From: Candidatus Acidiferrum sp.
GTDB lineage: Bacteria; Verrucomicrobiota; Verrucomicrobiia; Limisphaerales; UBA8199
Direction of reading: 5' to 3'
DNA length: 64,000 nucleotides
Assembly: GCA_035541055.1 (NCBI GenBank)
Contig: DATKNZ010000401.1
Coordinates: 3,743-67,742, forward strand
In this document: positions 45,401 to 53,357 of the stretch, piece after piece
Layout: every line of letters begins with the position of its first letter
Numbering within the stretch: position 1 is the stretch's first letter
Notes under the pieces: generated by a model
Seen by the model: only the letters and a program-made list of their open reading frames with translations
The model's database searches: none
Told to the model about the DNA's origin: nothing
Made by a program: the position numbers and the translations under genes

Positions 45401-45669
45401 GTGGAGACATTAGGGATGGTTAGTGTGCTATCGGTGCCGCCGCTAACTGAGCCGCCGTTGAAATACCACTGATAGCTTAAGGAAGTGCCGCTGGAGGCAA
45501 CCACGGCGAAGCTGGCAGTGTCCTTTTTGTAGACACTCGTGCTCGAAGGTTGGACAGTGATGACGGGCGGGGGGCTGCCCAGGCAGGTCGTTGCCAGCAG
45601 GGTACAGCCCAGCCACAGGCCCATAAAAGCCCTTTTCCGCATGGGCTGTGCGCGCGCCCTGTCTTGCAT
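42406..45669 (-). CDS. Large secreted adhesin-like protein (Ig I-set, cadherin-like, LamG/concanavalin-like, FN3-like modules)
   Basis: Signal peptide 'MGLWLGCTLLATTCLG'. Ig-like 'SYQWYFNG...ANAGTYYVKVTNAGG' occurs several times. Cadherin-like 'DRPPVASNQTVTVLENTATNLVLTATDVDS'. LamG-like 'FTGMLDEARIYTRALATNEIATL'. The protein ends 'CYFRVFVP'. The start could be the second Met (45642). Confidence 0.85.
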   Translation of the reverse strand: MQDRARAQPMRKRAFMGLWLGCTLLATTCLGSPPPVITVQPSSTSVYKKDTASFAVVASSGTSLSYQWYFNGGSVSGGTDSTLTIPNVSTANAGTYYVKVTNAGGTVPSAPATLTVLDHAPVANNDSYTTAENVTLTIAAPGVLANDTDQDGDTLTAVLMTSVSHGTLTLNSTGGFTYKPATNYYGGDSFTYKANDGTTTSSAATVSLTVTYVDRPPVASNQTVTVLENTATNLVLTATDVDSSNLVYAILARPTNGALGTLNSQSGAVTYLPATNAFGSDSFTFTAFDGSLYATGLVAVTITHVHQVPVAWMPATVTATQDIARVFSTANGNAISISAPDSGANPIELTLWATNGVATLNGTGGLAFTAGDGVADTNMTFRGSLMNLNAALSGLSFATGTHFNGNATLTIKAVDDTLTALNYDTNLAGHYTFDVTNTAATLAQNNSPTAGNNGQLNGSFQAVADPMRGNVLRLNGTNSNSYMKITGLLGQPASVTLAAWVNLTTPANGGSEVISLGESAALILDASGYLAGYFYNGNTVKIVPYSATLAGAGWHHVAYTFDTVAKYQSLYLDGAKVASQWVGGQQISYTLGSDSYIGVNALANANHFTGMLDEARIYTRALATNEIATLAGDLHLCTTNTSLLYFIPVPVALSQNLTNAMNAALPITLSTAFAVPPVTNYTVVTSPAHGTFSGTGPNLLYQPTPNYSGADSFRFVADNGSQTSDPATVFITLLAPPAITTQPQSSLVLTGQTAVFFVGADGYAPLSYQWQFNGANLAGSTLSTLTLTNVQVANAGDYTAVVTDIAGSTTSAVATLVAVVPPVITLQPTSQTLGVGTNPDGVTATFSVAATSAAPISYQWAYNGANIPLATSATLTLTNVQTNNSGTYSVVLTNLAGAVTSSPAVLVVVDLALPAVCTLSASNITARSGTLNATVTPQGSATACCFQYGLTTAYGLSSATNFLASGSTPVALSLPIASLAPGTLYHYRVTASNSGGVAFGQDATMTTLSPGPIQLTGILSSAGGNMVLSAAGTPGMTLTVICSTNLALPLSNWAVVGTTTEATPGEYRFTDPQPATNPVCYFRVFVP

Positions 45670-45701
45670 CAGTCCAAAAAGCAGCCAATCCTGTGCCGTT
45701 C

Positions 45702-47756
45702 TTAGAATCGATAGGTCAGCTTGACGCGGAACGTGCGGCCGTTCTGCGGAATGGTGTCCTGCAGGTGGAACCGGGTTGCCGGATCGGCGTATTGCTGGTC
45801 CAGCAGGTTGTAAACGCTGGCTGAGACTTCCAGGTTCTTGATCAGGTTCTGGCTGAACAGGGTGAAGTTCAGAACGCCAAAGCCGTCCACGTCCTCGCCG
45901 GCCACCGTTTCACCGCTGGTGGTCGTGTAGAAGCTGTGGCGGCTGCTGGTGTACTGGAATTCCAGGCTGGCGAAGATCTTGTCCCTGAAGACCGGCACGC
46001 TGAGGTTGAATTTCACCAGGTGTTCCGGCGAGTCCGGCAGGTTTTGGCTGCCGGACAGGTCGGCGGTGTGCTGAAGACTATAGCTCATGCGCCCCCTGAT
46101 TCCCGAGGGCCAGATGCCTTCCAAGGCCAACTCCACCCCTTTTCCTTCGGCATTGATGTTGCCGAAGCTGCCGTTCTGGAAAACGATCAAATCGTTCATC
46201 CGGTTGTAGTAGCCGGAGACCGAGGACCGCAGGTGGTTACCGATGCCCTGCTCGTAGATCAGCTCGTAGGTCGTAATGTGCTCCGGCGAAATGTTCTGGA
46301 ACCGCGGGTCGCTGAGTTCCAGGAAGTTGGGGGCCCGGAAGGCGGTGCCATAAATGGCCTTGAAGGTGGACTTCTCCAAGGGGCTGTAGATCAAGGCCAG
46401 GCGCGGATCCCACGCGGGCTCGAAATCGCCGTACTGATCATAGCGGATGCCCGCGTTGAAGTGGAGATTGGTGCGGATGGCGATGTCAGCCTGGCCGAAG
46501 ATGCCATAGCTTTGACGGTTGGTATGCACCGAGGAGAAGGTCTGCTGCGTAGCGGGGTCGTACACGCGATCGCTCTGCCAGAAATCATCGCGGTATTCGG
46601 CGCCAAAGGTGAGGACATGGACGTCCCACAGGCGCTTGTTGAGCGCCAGGTCGGTGCCCCACCACTGGCCGTTCTGAGTTTCCTTGTAGAGGAGATTGTT
46701 CGGCGCCGTCCCGTAGGGATAGCCGAAATCAATGTCGTTCTGGTCATAATAGACCTGTGCGGTCACATCCACGACGTCGGTGAAATCGTGGGCGTATTTC
46801 AGATTGAGAAAGCTTTGCTCGTTTTCCGTGTTGAGGCCCGAGGCATTGAACGTGGTGAAGTACTGAGCCGTTGGATTCTCCTTCTTGCGCCAGTTGAAAG
46901 CGCCCTCCAGGGTCAAATCGTGATACCCCAGCGAGCCGAAGCAGTTGGCGTATTCCTCACCGTCCAGGCCATTGACAACGCCGAAGTTCTGCGCCGGGGT
47001 GTCGAACTGCTTGTAAAAGAGGTGGTCGGGGCCGGCGCTGTCGTAGAACGAACCCGAGAGGAGAAGTTCAATGCCGTTGGTGAAGGCTTTCCCGAACGTC
47101 GCGCGGGCCTTGTAAGCGTCGAACGAGCCGTATTCGCCGGAGACTTCGAAACCGTTCACTTGGGCGGGCTTGCGCGTGACAACGTTGATGACGCCGAAGA
47201 AGGCGTTGTTGCCGTAAAGTACGGCGAACGGGCCGCGAATCACCTCGACCCGGTCCACCAGGTCTATGTCCAGGATGAAATCGTTGCCGATGGCGGCGCC
47301 GTCGGTCAGGTCGTTGTTCACGCGGTGACCGTCCACGAGCAGGAGGACCCGGCTGTTGAAGTCGCCCAGGTTGACGCCGCGCGTTCCCAGAAACGAATAG
47401 TCCCGGTCATAGGAGACCTGGAATCCCTGTACGCTCTCCAGCACGTCGGCCAGCGTCCGGTAGCCGTAGCGCTTGATCTCGTCCGAATACACGACCGTGA
47501 TGGAGGAGGGCGCCTGGGTAATCTTCTGCTCGAACTTGGAGGCGCCATAGACGGAGGGCACCTCGATGTTCATCAGACTCTCCAGCGGGAGAGCCGTCAG
47601 GTCATTCGTGCCGAGGTCGCTGACGGTCTCGCTCGCCTGAAGGCAGGCTGCCAGGCCAAGCACCAGACCCGCGCACGCTCCCTGGAGAGCCCGGGACGGC
47701 CCGAAACGGGCCATGGTACGGCTCAGGAGGCAGCGCTCAGGTCTGCTAAGCTTCAT
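45702..47756 (-). CDS. TonB-dependent outer-membrane receptor
   Basis: Plug region 'ITVVYSDEIKRYGYRTLADVLESVQGFQV...GTRGVNLGDFNSRVLLLVDGHRVNN'. Beta-barrel-length body. Terminal 'FRVKLTYRF' with a C-terminal Phe. Confidence 0.9.
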   Translation of the reverse strand: MKLSRPERCLLSRTMARFGPSRALQGACAGLVLGLAACLQASETVSDLGTNDLTALPLESLMNIEVPSVYGASKFEQKITQAPSSITVVYSDEIKRYGYRTLADVLESVQGFQVSYDRDYSFLGTRGVNLGDFNSRVLLLVDGHRVNNDLTDGAAIGNDFILDIDLVDRVEVIRGPFAVLYGNNAFFGVINVVTRKPAQVNGFEVSGEYGSFDAYKARATFGKAFTNGIELLLSGSFYDSAGPDHLFYKQFDTPAQNFGVVNGLDGEEYANCFGSLGYHDLTLEGAFNWRKKENPTAQYFTTFNASGLNTENEQSFLNLKYAHDFTDVVDVTAQVYYDQNDIDFGYPYGTAPNNLLYKETQNGQWWGTDLALNKRLWDVHVLTFGAEYRDDFWQSDRVYDPATQQTFSSVHTNRQSYGIFGQADIAIRTNLHFNAGIRYDQYGDFEPAWDPRLALIYSPLEKSTFKAIYGTAFRAPNFLELSDPRFQNISPEHITTYELIYEQGIGNHLRSSVSGYYNRMNDLIVFQNGSFGNINAEGKGVELALEGIWPSGIRGRMSYSLQHTADLSGSQNLPDSPEHLVKFNLSVPVFRDKIFASLEFQYTSSRHSFYTTTSGETVAGEDVDGFGVLNFTLFSQNLIKNLEVSASVYNLLDQQYADPATRFHLQDTIPQNGRTFRVKLTYRF

Positions 47757-47870
47757 GATATGAGCGGAGAGATCGACCCCGCTTGACGCCCTTTAAGCAG
47801 ATCCTGTTCCAATCTGAGGCTTGACAATCCCAGCCAAATCGCCGGTGATGGCGGGAAAGTTGTCCGACTC

Positions 47871-48416
47871 ATGCGTCACGCAGCGATAGGGGTCCTGGGG
47901 CTGGTCGTGGCCGCGCTGCTGCTCAGCTATGACGGCAGCGGGCAGACGCCGGCTACGCCCTATCAGCTCAAGGCCGCCTTCCTGTTCCATTTCGCGGAGT
48001 TTGTTGAGTGGCCGCCGCAGACGTTTACAGATCCATCCTCACCCCTGGTGATCGGCATCCTGGGGGAGAGCTCCGTGCGCGAGGATTTGGAGCGGACACT
48101 GAGGGGCAAGACGGTGCGAAATCATCCTTTGGAGGTTAAGGAGATCCGCACCCCGGTGGACGCGGCCCACACCTGTCACGTCCTGTTCATCACGGCAGCA
48201 GAGAGGAAGCGTGTGGCTGAGTTTCTTGCGGGTTTGCGGGGCGCCAGCGTGCTCACCGTGAGCGAAACTGAGCGGTTTACGGAGAACGGCGGGATGATCA
48301 ACTTCGTATCCGAGGGAACTAAAATCCGCTTCCAGATCAATGATCAGGCGGCGAAAGATGCCGGGTTGAAGGTCAGCTCAAAGCTGCTGAGCCTGGCTTC
48401 GCGTCCGGCACATTAA
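47871..48416 (+). CDS. YfiR-family (DUF4154) periplasmic protein
   Basis: 'YQLKAAFLFHFAEFVEWP', 'LVIGILGE', 'CHVLFI' and 'GASVLTVSE...GGMINF'. It is divergent from the TonB-dependent receptor gene. Confidence 0.8.
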   Translation: MRHAAIGVLGLVVAALLLSYDGSGQTPATPYQLKAAFLFHFAEFVEWPPQTFTDPSSPLVIGILGESSVREDLERTLRGKTVRNHPLEVKEIRTPVDAAHTCHVLFITAAERKRVAEFLAGLRGASVLTVSETERFTENGGMINFVSEGTKIRFQINDQAAKDAGLKVSSKLLSLASRPAH

Positions 48417-48844
48417 CCTCCGTAAAGCTAGATTACATCGGGGCGGTTTGCTCTCGGCACTGCTTGGCAAACCACCAACGCGAGACCCGAACGGATTACA
48501 GTTGGCTGCAGAAGGTGCTCTGAATACGAAAGATAGCCGCGACCGCAGCGGGATATGATGCTCAGGCGGTTACGCCAAGACTCGTTTTTGTGCTGTTACG
48601 GTGTGTGTAGGCAGGGTATCCGGCAGATCCCAGGAGCGACGCTTATTTGCGAACACAGAGGTTTAAGTCACATTAAATCGCTTACATGCCTGAACCGGCT
48701 CTGTCTCATTCTCGTCTTTGGCATGCTGCTTGCGGCTATGCCGGCGACGGTGAAAGCAAGCTCGAACAGACTAACCCCTGAACAATTTCGGCCAGGATTG
48801 GGACAGCCTCGGGCCGTAAGGCCTTTCGGCCAGCTCGCTGTCAC

Positions 48845-50830
48845 ATGAAGGCCTTCAGGGACCTGGGGATCCAGCACAAGATGCAGGTTTTGAACCTGCT
48901 GATCGGCGGGACGCTTCTTCTGGTCGGCCTGGCCGCACTCTTTGCGTTTCAGGTTCTGTCCTTCCGTTCCAACTTTCAGCGCGACACAGCGACTCTGGCC
49001 GGGGTCATCGCTAATAACAGCACCGCAGCCTTGCGCTTCAAAGACGACCAAGCGGCGACGGAGGTGGTAGACTCCTTGCGCGCAAAGCCGACCGTCATCG
49101 CCGCCAGCCTGGCACTGCCCGATGGCAGTTTATTGGCTAGCTTCGGAAAGGCTGAGAGTGCGGCGGGGCAGGCACAGTTTCCACCCCCCGGCGAATCGCG
49201 CTTCGTGGGACGCCAGTTGCTTACCACGCAGCCGGTCATGCTCAACCGGGAGCAGGTCGGCACGCTGTACCTTCGTTCGGACTACCGCCGGACGTTAATG
49301 GAACTGCTGCGTTTCTACGCTAAAGTCCTGGCGGGAGTTGTCCTCTCCTCCACGGCTCTGGGAGTATTCCTATCGAGCCGGCTGGGGCGGACGATTACTG
49401 GGCCAGTCCTCCAGTTGGCGAACACGGCCAGAATCATAGGCGAGAAGAAGGATTACGCGATGCGTGCCGTTGTGGGTTGCCGGGGGGACGAGGTCGGGCG
49501 CCTGGCGGAGTCCTTCAACGAGATGCTGGGCCGGATTCAGAGCCAGGACGCCGCGCTGAGCCTTTCGCAGAAGAAGATGGAGGCGTTGATCAACTCCATT
49601 GATGGGATTGTCTGGGAACGCTCAGCGGACAACCTGCGGTTTACTTTCATCAGCCGCCAGTGTGAAACCATCCTGGGATATTCGCCCGAGACGTGGCTGG
49701 CGCAGCCGAACTTCTGGTCGGAGCGTCTTGACCCGCAGGATGCGGCCAAGGCGCTCCGGAACTGCCAGGAGCTAACTGCGAAAGGTCATCCCTACACCTG
49801 CGAGTACCGCATGATCGCCGCGGATGGCAGGACAGTATGGATCCGGGAGAGCGGAACGGTGCTGGCCGGCGATGGCCATGCTGCGGCGGTGCGCGGCATC
49901 CTGCTGGACATTACGCGCCAGAAGAAGGATGCCGAGGAACTCGACAAGCTCAATCGCAAGCTGATGGACACCTCGCGCCAGGCCGGCATGGCGGAAGTTG
50001 CCACCGGCGTGCTCCACAATGTCGGCAATGTTTTGAATAGCGTGAGCGTGGCCGCCACGGTGGTCGGGGACCGGTTGCGGCATTCCAAGCTGGACAACCT
50101 GCGGCGCGCTACCTCCCTGCTGCGCGAGCAGGACGGCCACCTAGCGGAATTCCTGACGTCCGACCCCAAAGGCAAAGTCCTGCCGGCTTACCTCTGCACG
50201 GTGACGGACCAATTGGCCGAGGAGCAGAAAAAGCTGCTGACTCGAACGGACACCATGGGGCAGCACATCGAGCACATGAAGGAGATCGTCGCGATGCAGC
50301 AGAGCTACGCCAAGGTTTCCGGCGCATACGAGAGGACGGCTGCCCCCGCTCTGGTGGAAGACGCCCTGCGCATCAACCTGGCAGCGTTCGACCGACATCG
50401 CATCGAGGTGGTGCGGGAGTTCGATCCCAACCTGCCTGACGTCTGCGTGGACCGGCACAAGGTGCTCCAGATCCTGATTAACGTGTTCCGTAACGCGAAG
50501 TATGCGATGGCGGGACTGGAGGGAGCAGGCAAACGGCTGACCATCAGGGTCGGAAAGGGCTCGCCGGGCAAGGTAAATATCCGCGTGCAGGATAACGGGA
50601 TCGGCATTCCCGCAGAGAACCTCACCCGGATCTTCAACCACGGCTTCACCACTAAGCGGGACGGACACGGCTTCGGCCTCCATAGCGGCGCCAACGCCGC
50701 CCGGGAAATGGGTGGCAGCCTGACCGCCCGGAGTGACGGCCCTGGCAAGGGCGCCGAGTTCATCCTGGAACTCCCCACTGCCTCTGCACGCCGCCAGGAG
50801 GAACCGGCCGCCTTGCAAGCAACCTCATGA
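48845..50830 (+). CDS. Sensor histidine kinase (CHASE8-like periplasmic loop, HAMP, PAS, kinase core)
   Basis: Two transmembrane helices flank 'ANNSTAALRFKDDQAATEVVDSLRAKPTVIAASLALPDGSLLASFG'. HAMP 'VGRLAESFNEMLGRI'. PAS 'IDGIVWERS...YRMIAADGRTVWIRE'. 'GVLHNVGNVLNSV', 'DNGIGIP' and 'GHGFGLH'. Confidence 0.85.
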   Translation: MKAFRDLGIQHKMQVLNLLIGGTLLLVGLAALFAFQVLSFRSNFQRDTATLAGVIANNSTAALRFKDDQAATEVVDSLRAKPTVIAASLALPDGSLLASFGKAESAAGQAQFPPPGESRFVGRQLLTTQPVMLNREQVGTLYLRSDYRRTLMELLRFYAKVLAGVVLSSTALGVFLSSRLGRTITGPVLQLANTARIIGEKKDYAMRAVVGCRGDEVGRLAESFNEMLGRIQSQDAALSLSQKKMEALINSIDGIVWERSADNLRFTFISRQCETILGYSPETWLAQPNFWSERLDPQDAAKALRNCQELTAKGHPYTCEYRMIAADGRTVWIRESGTVLAGDGHAAAVRGILLDITRQKKDAEELDKLNRKLMDTSRQAGMAEVATGVLHNVGNVLNSVSVAATVVGDRLRHSKLDNLRRATSLLREQDGHLAEFLTSDPKGKVLPAYLCTVTDQLAEEQKKLLTRTDTMGQHIEHMKEIVAMQQSYAKVSGAYERTAAPALVEDALRINLAAFDRHRIEVVREFDPNLPDVCVDRHKVLQILINVFRNAKYAMAGLEGAGKRLTIRVGKGSPGKVNIRVQDNGIGIPAENLTRIFNHGFTTKRDGHGFGLHSGANAAREMGGSLTARSDGPGKGAEFILELPTASARRQEEPAALQATS

Positions 50831-52896
50831 AGACCACAGACACCGAACGTAACCTGCGCGTCCTCATTGTGGACGACAATACCAGCATCCACGCCGATTT
50901 CCGGGAAATCCTTTGCCCGGACACCATAGGAGACTCGGCCGCCAACGAAATGGAAGCGGTGCTCTTCGGCAATGGGCATTCCACGCCGGCGCTGAAGCCA
51001 TTTGAGCTGGATTCTGCCTACCAGGGGGAAGAGGCGCTGGAAATGGTGAAGCACGCGCTGACGCAGCAACGGCCTTATGCCTTGGCATTTGTGGACGTTC
51101 GGATGCCGCCGGGGTGGGACGGCGTGGAAACGATTGCGCGCATGTGGGAGGTGTACCCGGCGCTCCAAGTGGTCGTCTGCACGGCCTACGCCGATTACTC
51201 GTGGGAGCAGATGCGAGCCAAAGTCGGGCAGCCCGACAGTCTGGTCATTCTCAAAAAGCCATTCGACAACATCGAAGTGCAGCAGCTCGCACACGCGCTT
51301 ACCACGAAATGGTGGCTCAATCTCCAGTCCGAGAGGCAAATGGCTGAATTGGCTCGCGCCAACGCGTCGCTGTCCCTGTCGGAAGAGCGCTTCTCCAAGG
51401 CCTTTCACGAGAGCCCGGTTCCCAGTGCCATCCAGAGCTTCCCTGACCAGCGGTTTGTGGACGTGAACGAGCGTCTGGTCAGGGTGACCGGGCGTGCCCG
51501 AGGTCAACTGATCGGGCATAGTCCCGCTGAGCTCGCGATTTGGGAGCAGCCTGCCCTGACCGAAGCCTGGTACGAGGCATTGGCCCGCCAGGAGAATGTC
51601 CGCGAGCAGCCCGCTAAAATCCGTAGCGGGGACGGCGCGTTGCGCGAAATGCTCGTTTCCTTGTCTCCGATCTCCCTGGGCGGCCAGCCGCACGCGTTGC
51701 TGCTGGCGCAGGACATTTCCGAGCGCGTCTTCCTGGAGCGCCAGCTCCGCCAGGCCCAGAAGATGGAGGCGATCGGCCAGCTCGCCGCAGGCGTCGCGCA
51801 CGATTTTAACAACGTGCTGACGATCATCCAGGGGCACGCCGGCCTGCTGCACAACCGCATCAACGGCGGCGGCCCGGAAAGCCGGTCCATCGAGCAAATC
51901 ACCCAGGCCTCGGCGCGGGCAGCAACCCTCATTCGCCAGCTCCTGATGTTCAGCCGCAAGCAGGTCATGCAATTCCACGCCGTGGATCTGAACCTGGCCT
52001 TGCGCAGCACCATCAAGATGCTGGAACGGCTCGTCGGAGAGCAGGTCGAGGTGGAGTTTTTTCCCCAGGAGCCTTTGCCGGCCATTCACGCCGATACCAG
52101 CATGCTGGAGCAAATTGCGATGAACCTGGCGGTTAATGCGCGCGATGCGATGCCCCAGGGCGGGCGCGTGATGATCGTCACCTCGCTGCACACCATCCGT
52201 CGTCCCGCCACGCCGATGGACCCGGAGCCGCGGGATGGCGATTTCGTCTGCCTCACCTTCCGCGACACCGGCACGGGAATGGATACAGAGATTCTGCCCC
52301 GGATCTTCGAGCCCTTCTTTACCACCAAGCCGGCCGGCAAGGGCACGGGCCTGGGGTTGTCCACCGTCTTTGGTATCGTCCGGCAGCACCACGGTTGGGT
52401 GGAGGTGAACAGCAAGAGGAATCAGGGCACGACCTTCCGGATTTTCTTCCCGGCGACCCCGCAGCCGGCGGAAAAGGCCGAGGTCGTGGTGCAGACTGCC
52501 CTGCGCAAAGGCCATGAAACGGTCCTGGTGGCCGAAGACGAGGATGCCCTGCGCCAGATGGTTGTTCATGTCCTCGCGATCCAGGGCTACCATGTGCTCG
52601 AGGCGGCTTCCGGCCCGCAGGCCCTCGAGATCTGGGATCGAGCCGAGCATCCCATTGACCTGCTGCTGACCGACATGGTCATGCCCGGTGGCATCATGGG
52701 CAGCGAGCTGGCCAAACGGCTGACAGAGCGATCCCCCACGCTGAAGGTCATCTACACCAGCGGTTACAGCCCCGGCATGGCAGGCAAGGACTTGTCCGTG
52801 CTGAAAGAACGGAACTTCCTGCCTAAGCCATACTCGATCGGCAAGTTAGCCCAGTTCGTCCGCGAGTGCCTGGATGCTCCGGTGAAGCAAAACTGA
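50827..52896 (+). CDS. Hybrid histidine kinase with receiver domains at both ends (REC-PAS-HisKA-HATPase-REC)
   Basis: 'RVLIVDDN' and 'FVDVRMP' (N-terminal REC). '[15 protein letters not shown]' (H-box). 'DTGTGMD' and 'GTGLGLSTV' (ATPase). '[11 protein letters not shown]' and '[10 protein letters not shown]' (C-terminal REC). ATGA overlap with the upstream kinase. Confidence 0.9.
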   Translation: MKTTDTERNLRVLIVDDNTSIHADFREILCPDTIGDSAANEMEAVLFGNGHSTPALKPFELDSAYQGEEALEMVKHALTQQRPYALAFVDVRMPPGWDGVETIARMWEVYPALQVVVCTAYADYSWEQMRAKVGQPDSLVILKKPFDNIEVQQLAHALTTKWWLNLQSERQMAELARANASLSLSEERFSKAFHESPVPSAIQSFPDQRFVDVNERLVRVTGRARGQLIGHSPAELAIWEQPALTEAWYEALARQENVREQPAKIRSGDGALREMLVSLSPISLGGQPHALLLAQDISERVFLERQLRQAQKMEAIGQLAAGVAHDFNNVLTIIQGHAGLLHNRINGGGPESRSIEQITQASARAATLIRQLLMFSRKQVMQFHAVDLNLALRSTIKMLERLVGEQVEVEFFPQEPLPAIHADTSMLEQIAMNLAVNARDAMPQGGRVMIVTSLHTIRRPATPMDPEPRDGDFVCLTFRDTGTGMDTEILPRIFEPFFTTKPAGKGTGLGLSTVFGIVRQHHGWVEVNSKRNQGTTFRIFFPATPQPAEKAEVVVQTALRKGHETVLVAEDEDALRQMVVHVLAIQGYHVLEAASGPQALEIWDRAEHPIDLLLTDMVMPGGIMGSELAKRLTERSPTLKVIYTSGYSPGMAGKDLSVLKERNFLPKPYSIGKLAQFVRECLDAPVKQN

Positions 52897-52987
52897 GCCA
52901 GTCGAGTGCGGAGCGTTGGCTGCGGTGTGCGCGCCCCGCCAGACCAGCGGGACCCCGCCCCTAACGTCATCCTGCCTCAAGAACCCG

Positions 52988-53093
52988 GCTTGTGGGTGGC
53001 TATTGACCCTTGCGATTGCCCGGTGTGTCTCCCATGTGGGTCGACCCACATGGGAGACACACCGGGCAATCGCCAGGACCCCACAAGTGCCAG
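52988..53093. repeat. CCGGTGTGTCTCCCATG hairpin element, copy 2 (immediately 3' of the hybrid kinase gene)
   Basis: CTTGCGATTGCCCGGTGTGTCTCCCATGTGGGTCG pairs with CGACCCACATGGGAGACACACCGGGCAATCGCCAGG. An outer pairing GGCTTGTGGGT/CCCCACAAGTGCC extends it. It has the same core as 24967-25042. Confidence 0.85.
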
Positions 53094-53357
53094 AGGCGGG
53101 AATCGCGCATTAGGTGCCATGCTCACAATTGTGATAGATCTCTAAGTCGCTAATACTACGTGACTTACGTAAAATGGCGCCTGCGGGCTCAGGCCGTGCC
53201 GGCCCGCCGTAACCTTCATGGCCTTTTCCTTAAGAACACGTGGGCGGGGAGGCTCCGCCTGAAATGCGGGCAGGGCGGGCCAAAACAGGCCGAAACGAGT
53301 CGCCCGCAGGGGTGTCAGACATAAACGAGCGAGTCCGACCCGCTAACCACGATTGAC

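Noticed and set aside
45936-47786. 616-aa ORF on the plus strand
   Set aside because: It lies antisense to the TonB-dependent receptor gene, which has plug motifs and a terminal aromatic residue. The ORF has no motifs and a shadow-ORF composition.
50305-52650. 781-aa ORF on the minus strand
   Set aside because: It lies antisense to the hybrid histidine kinase, whose REC/PAS/HisKA/HATPase motifs are unambiguous. The antisense translation is Arg/Gly/Leu-rich with no recognisable motif. This is a typical shadow ORF of GC-rich DNA.
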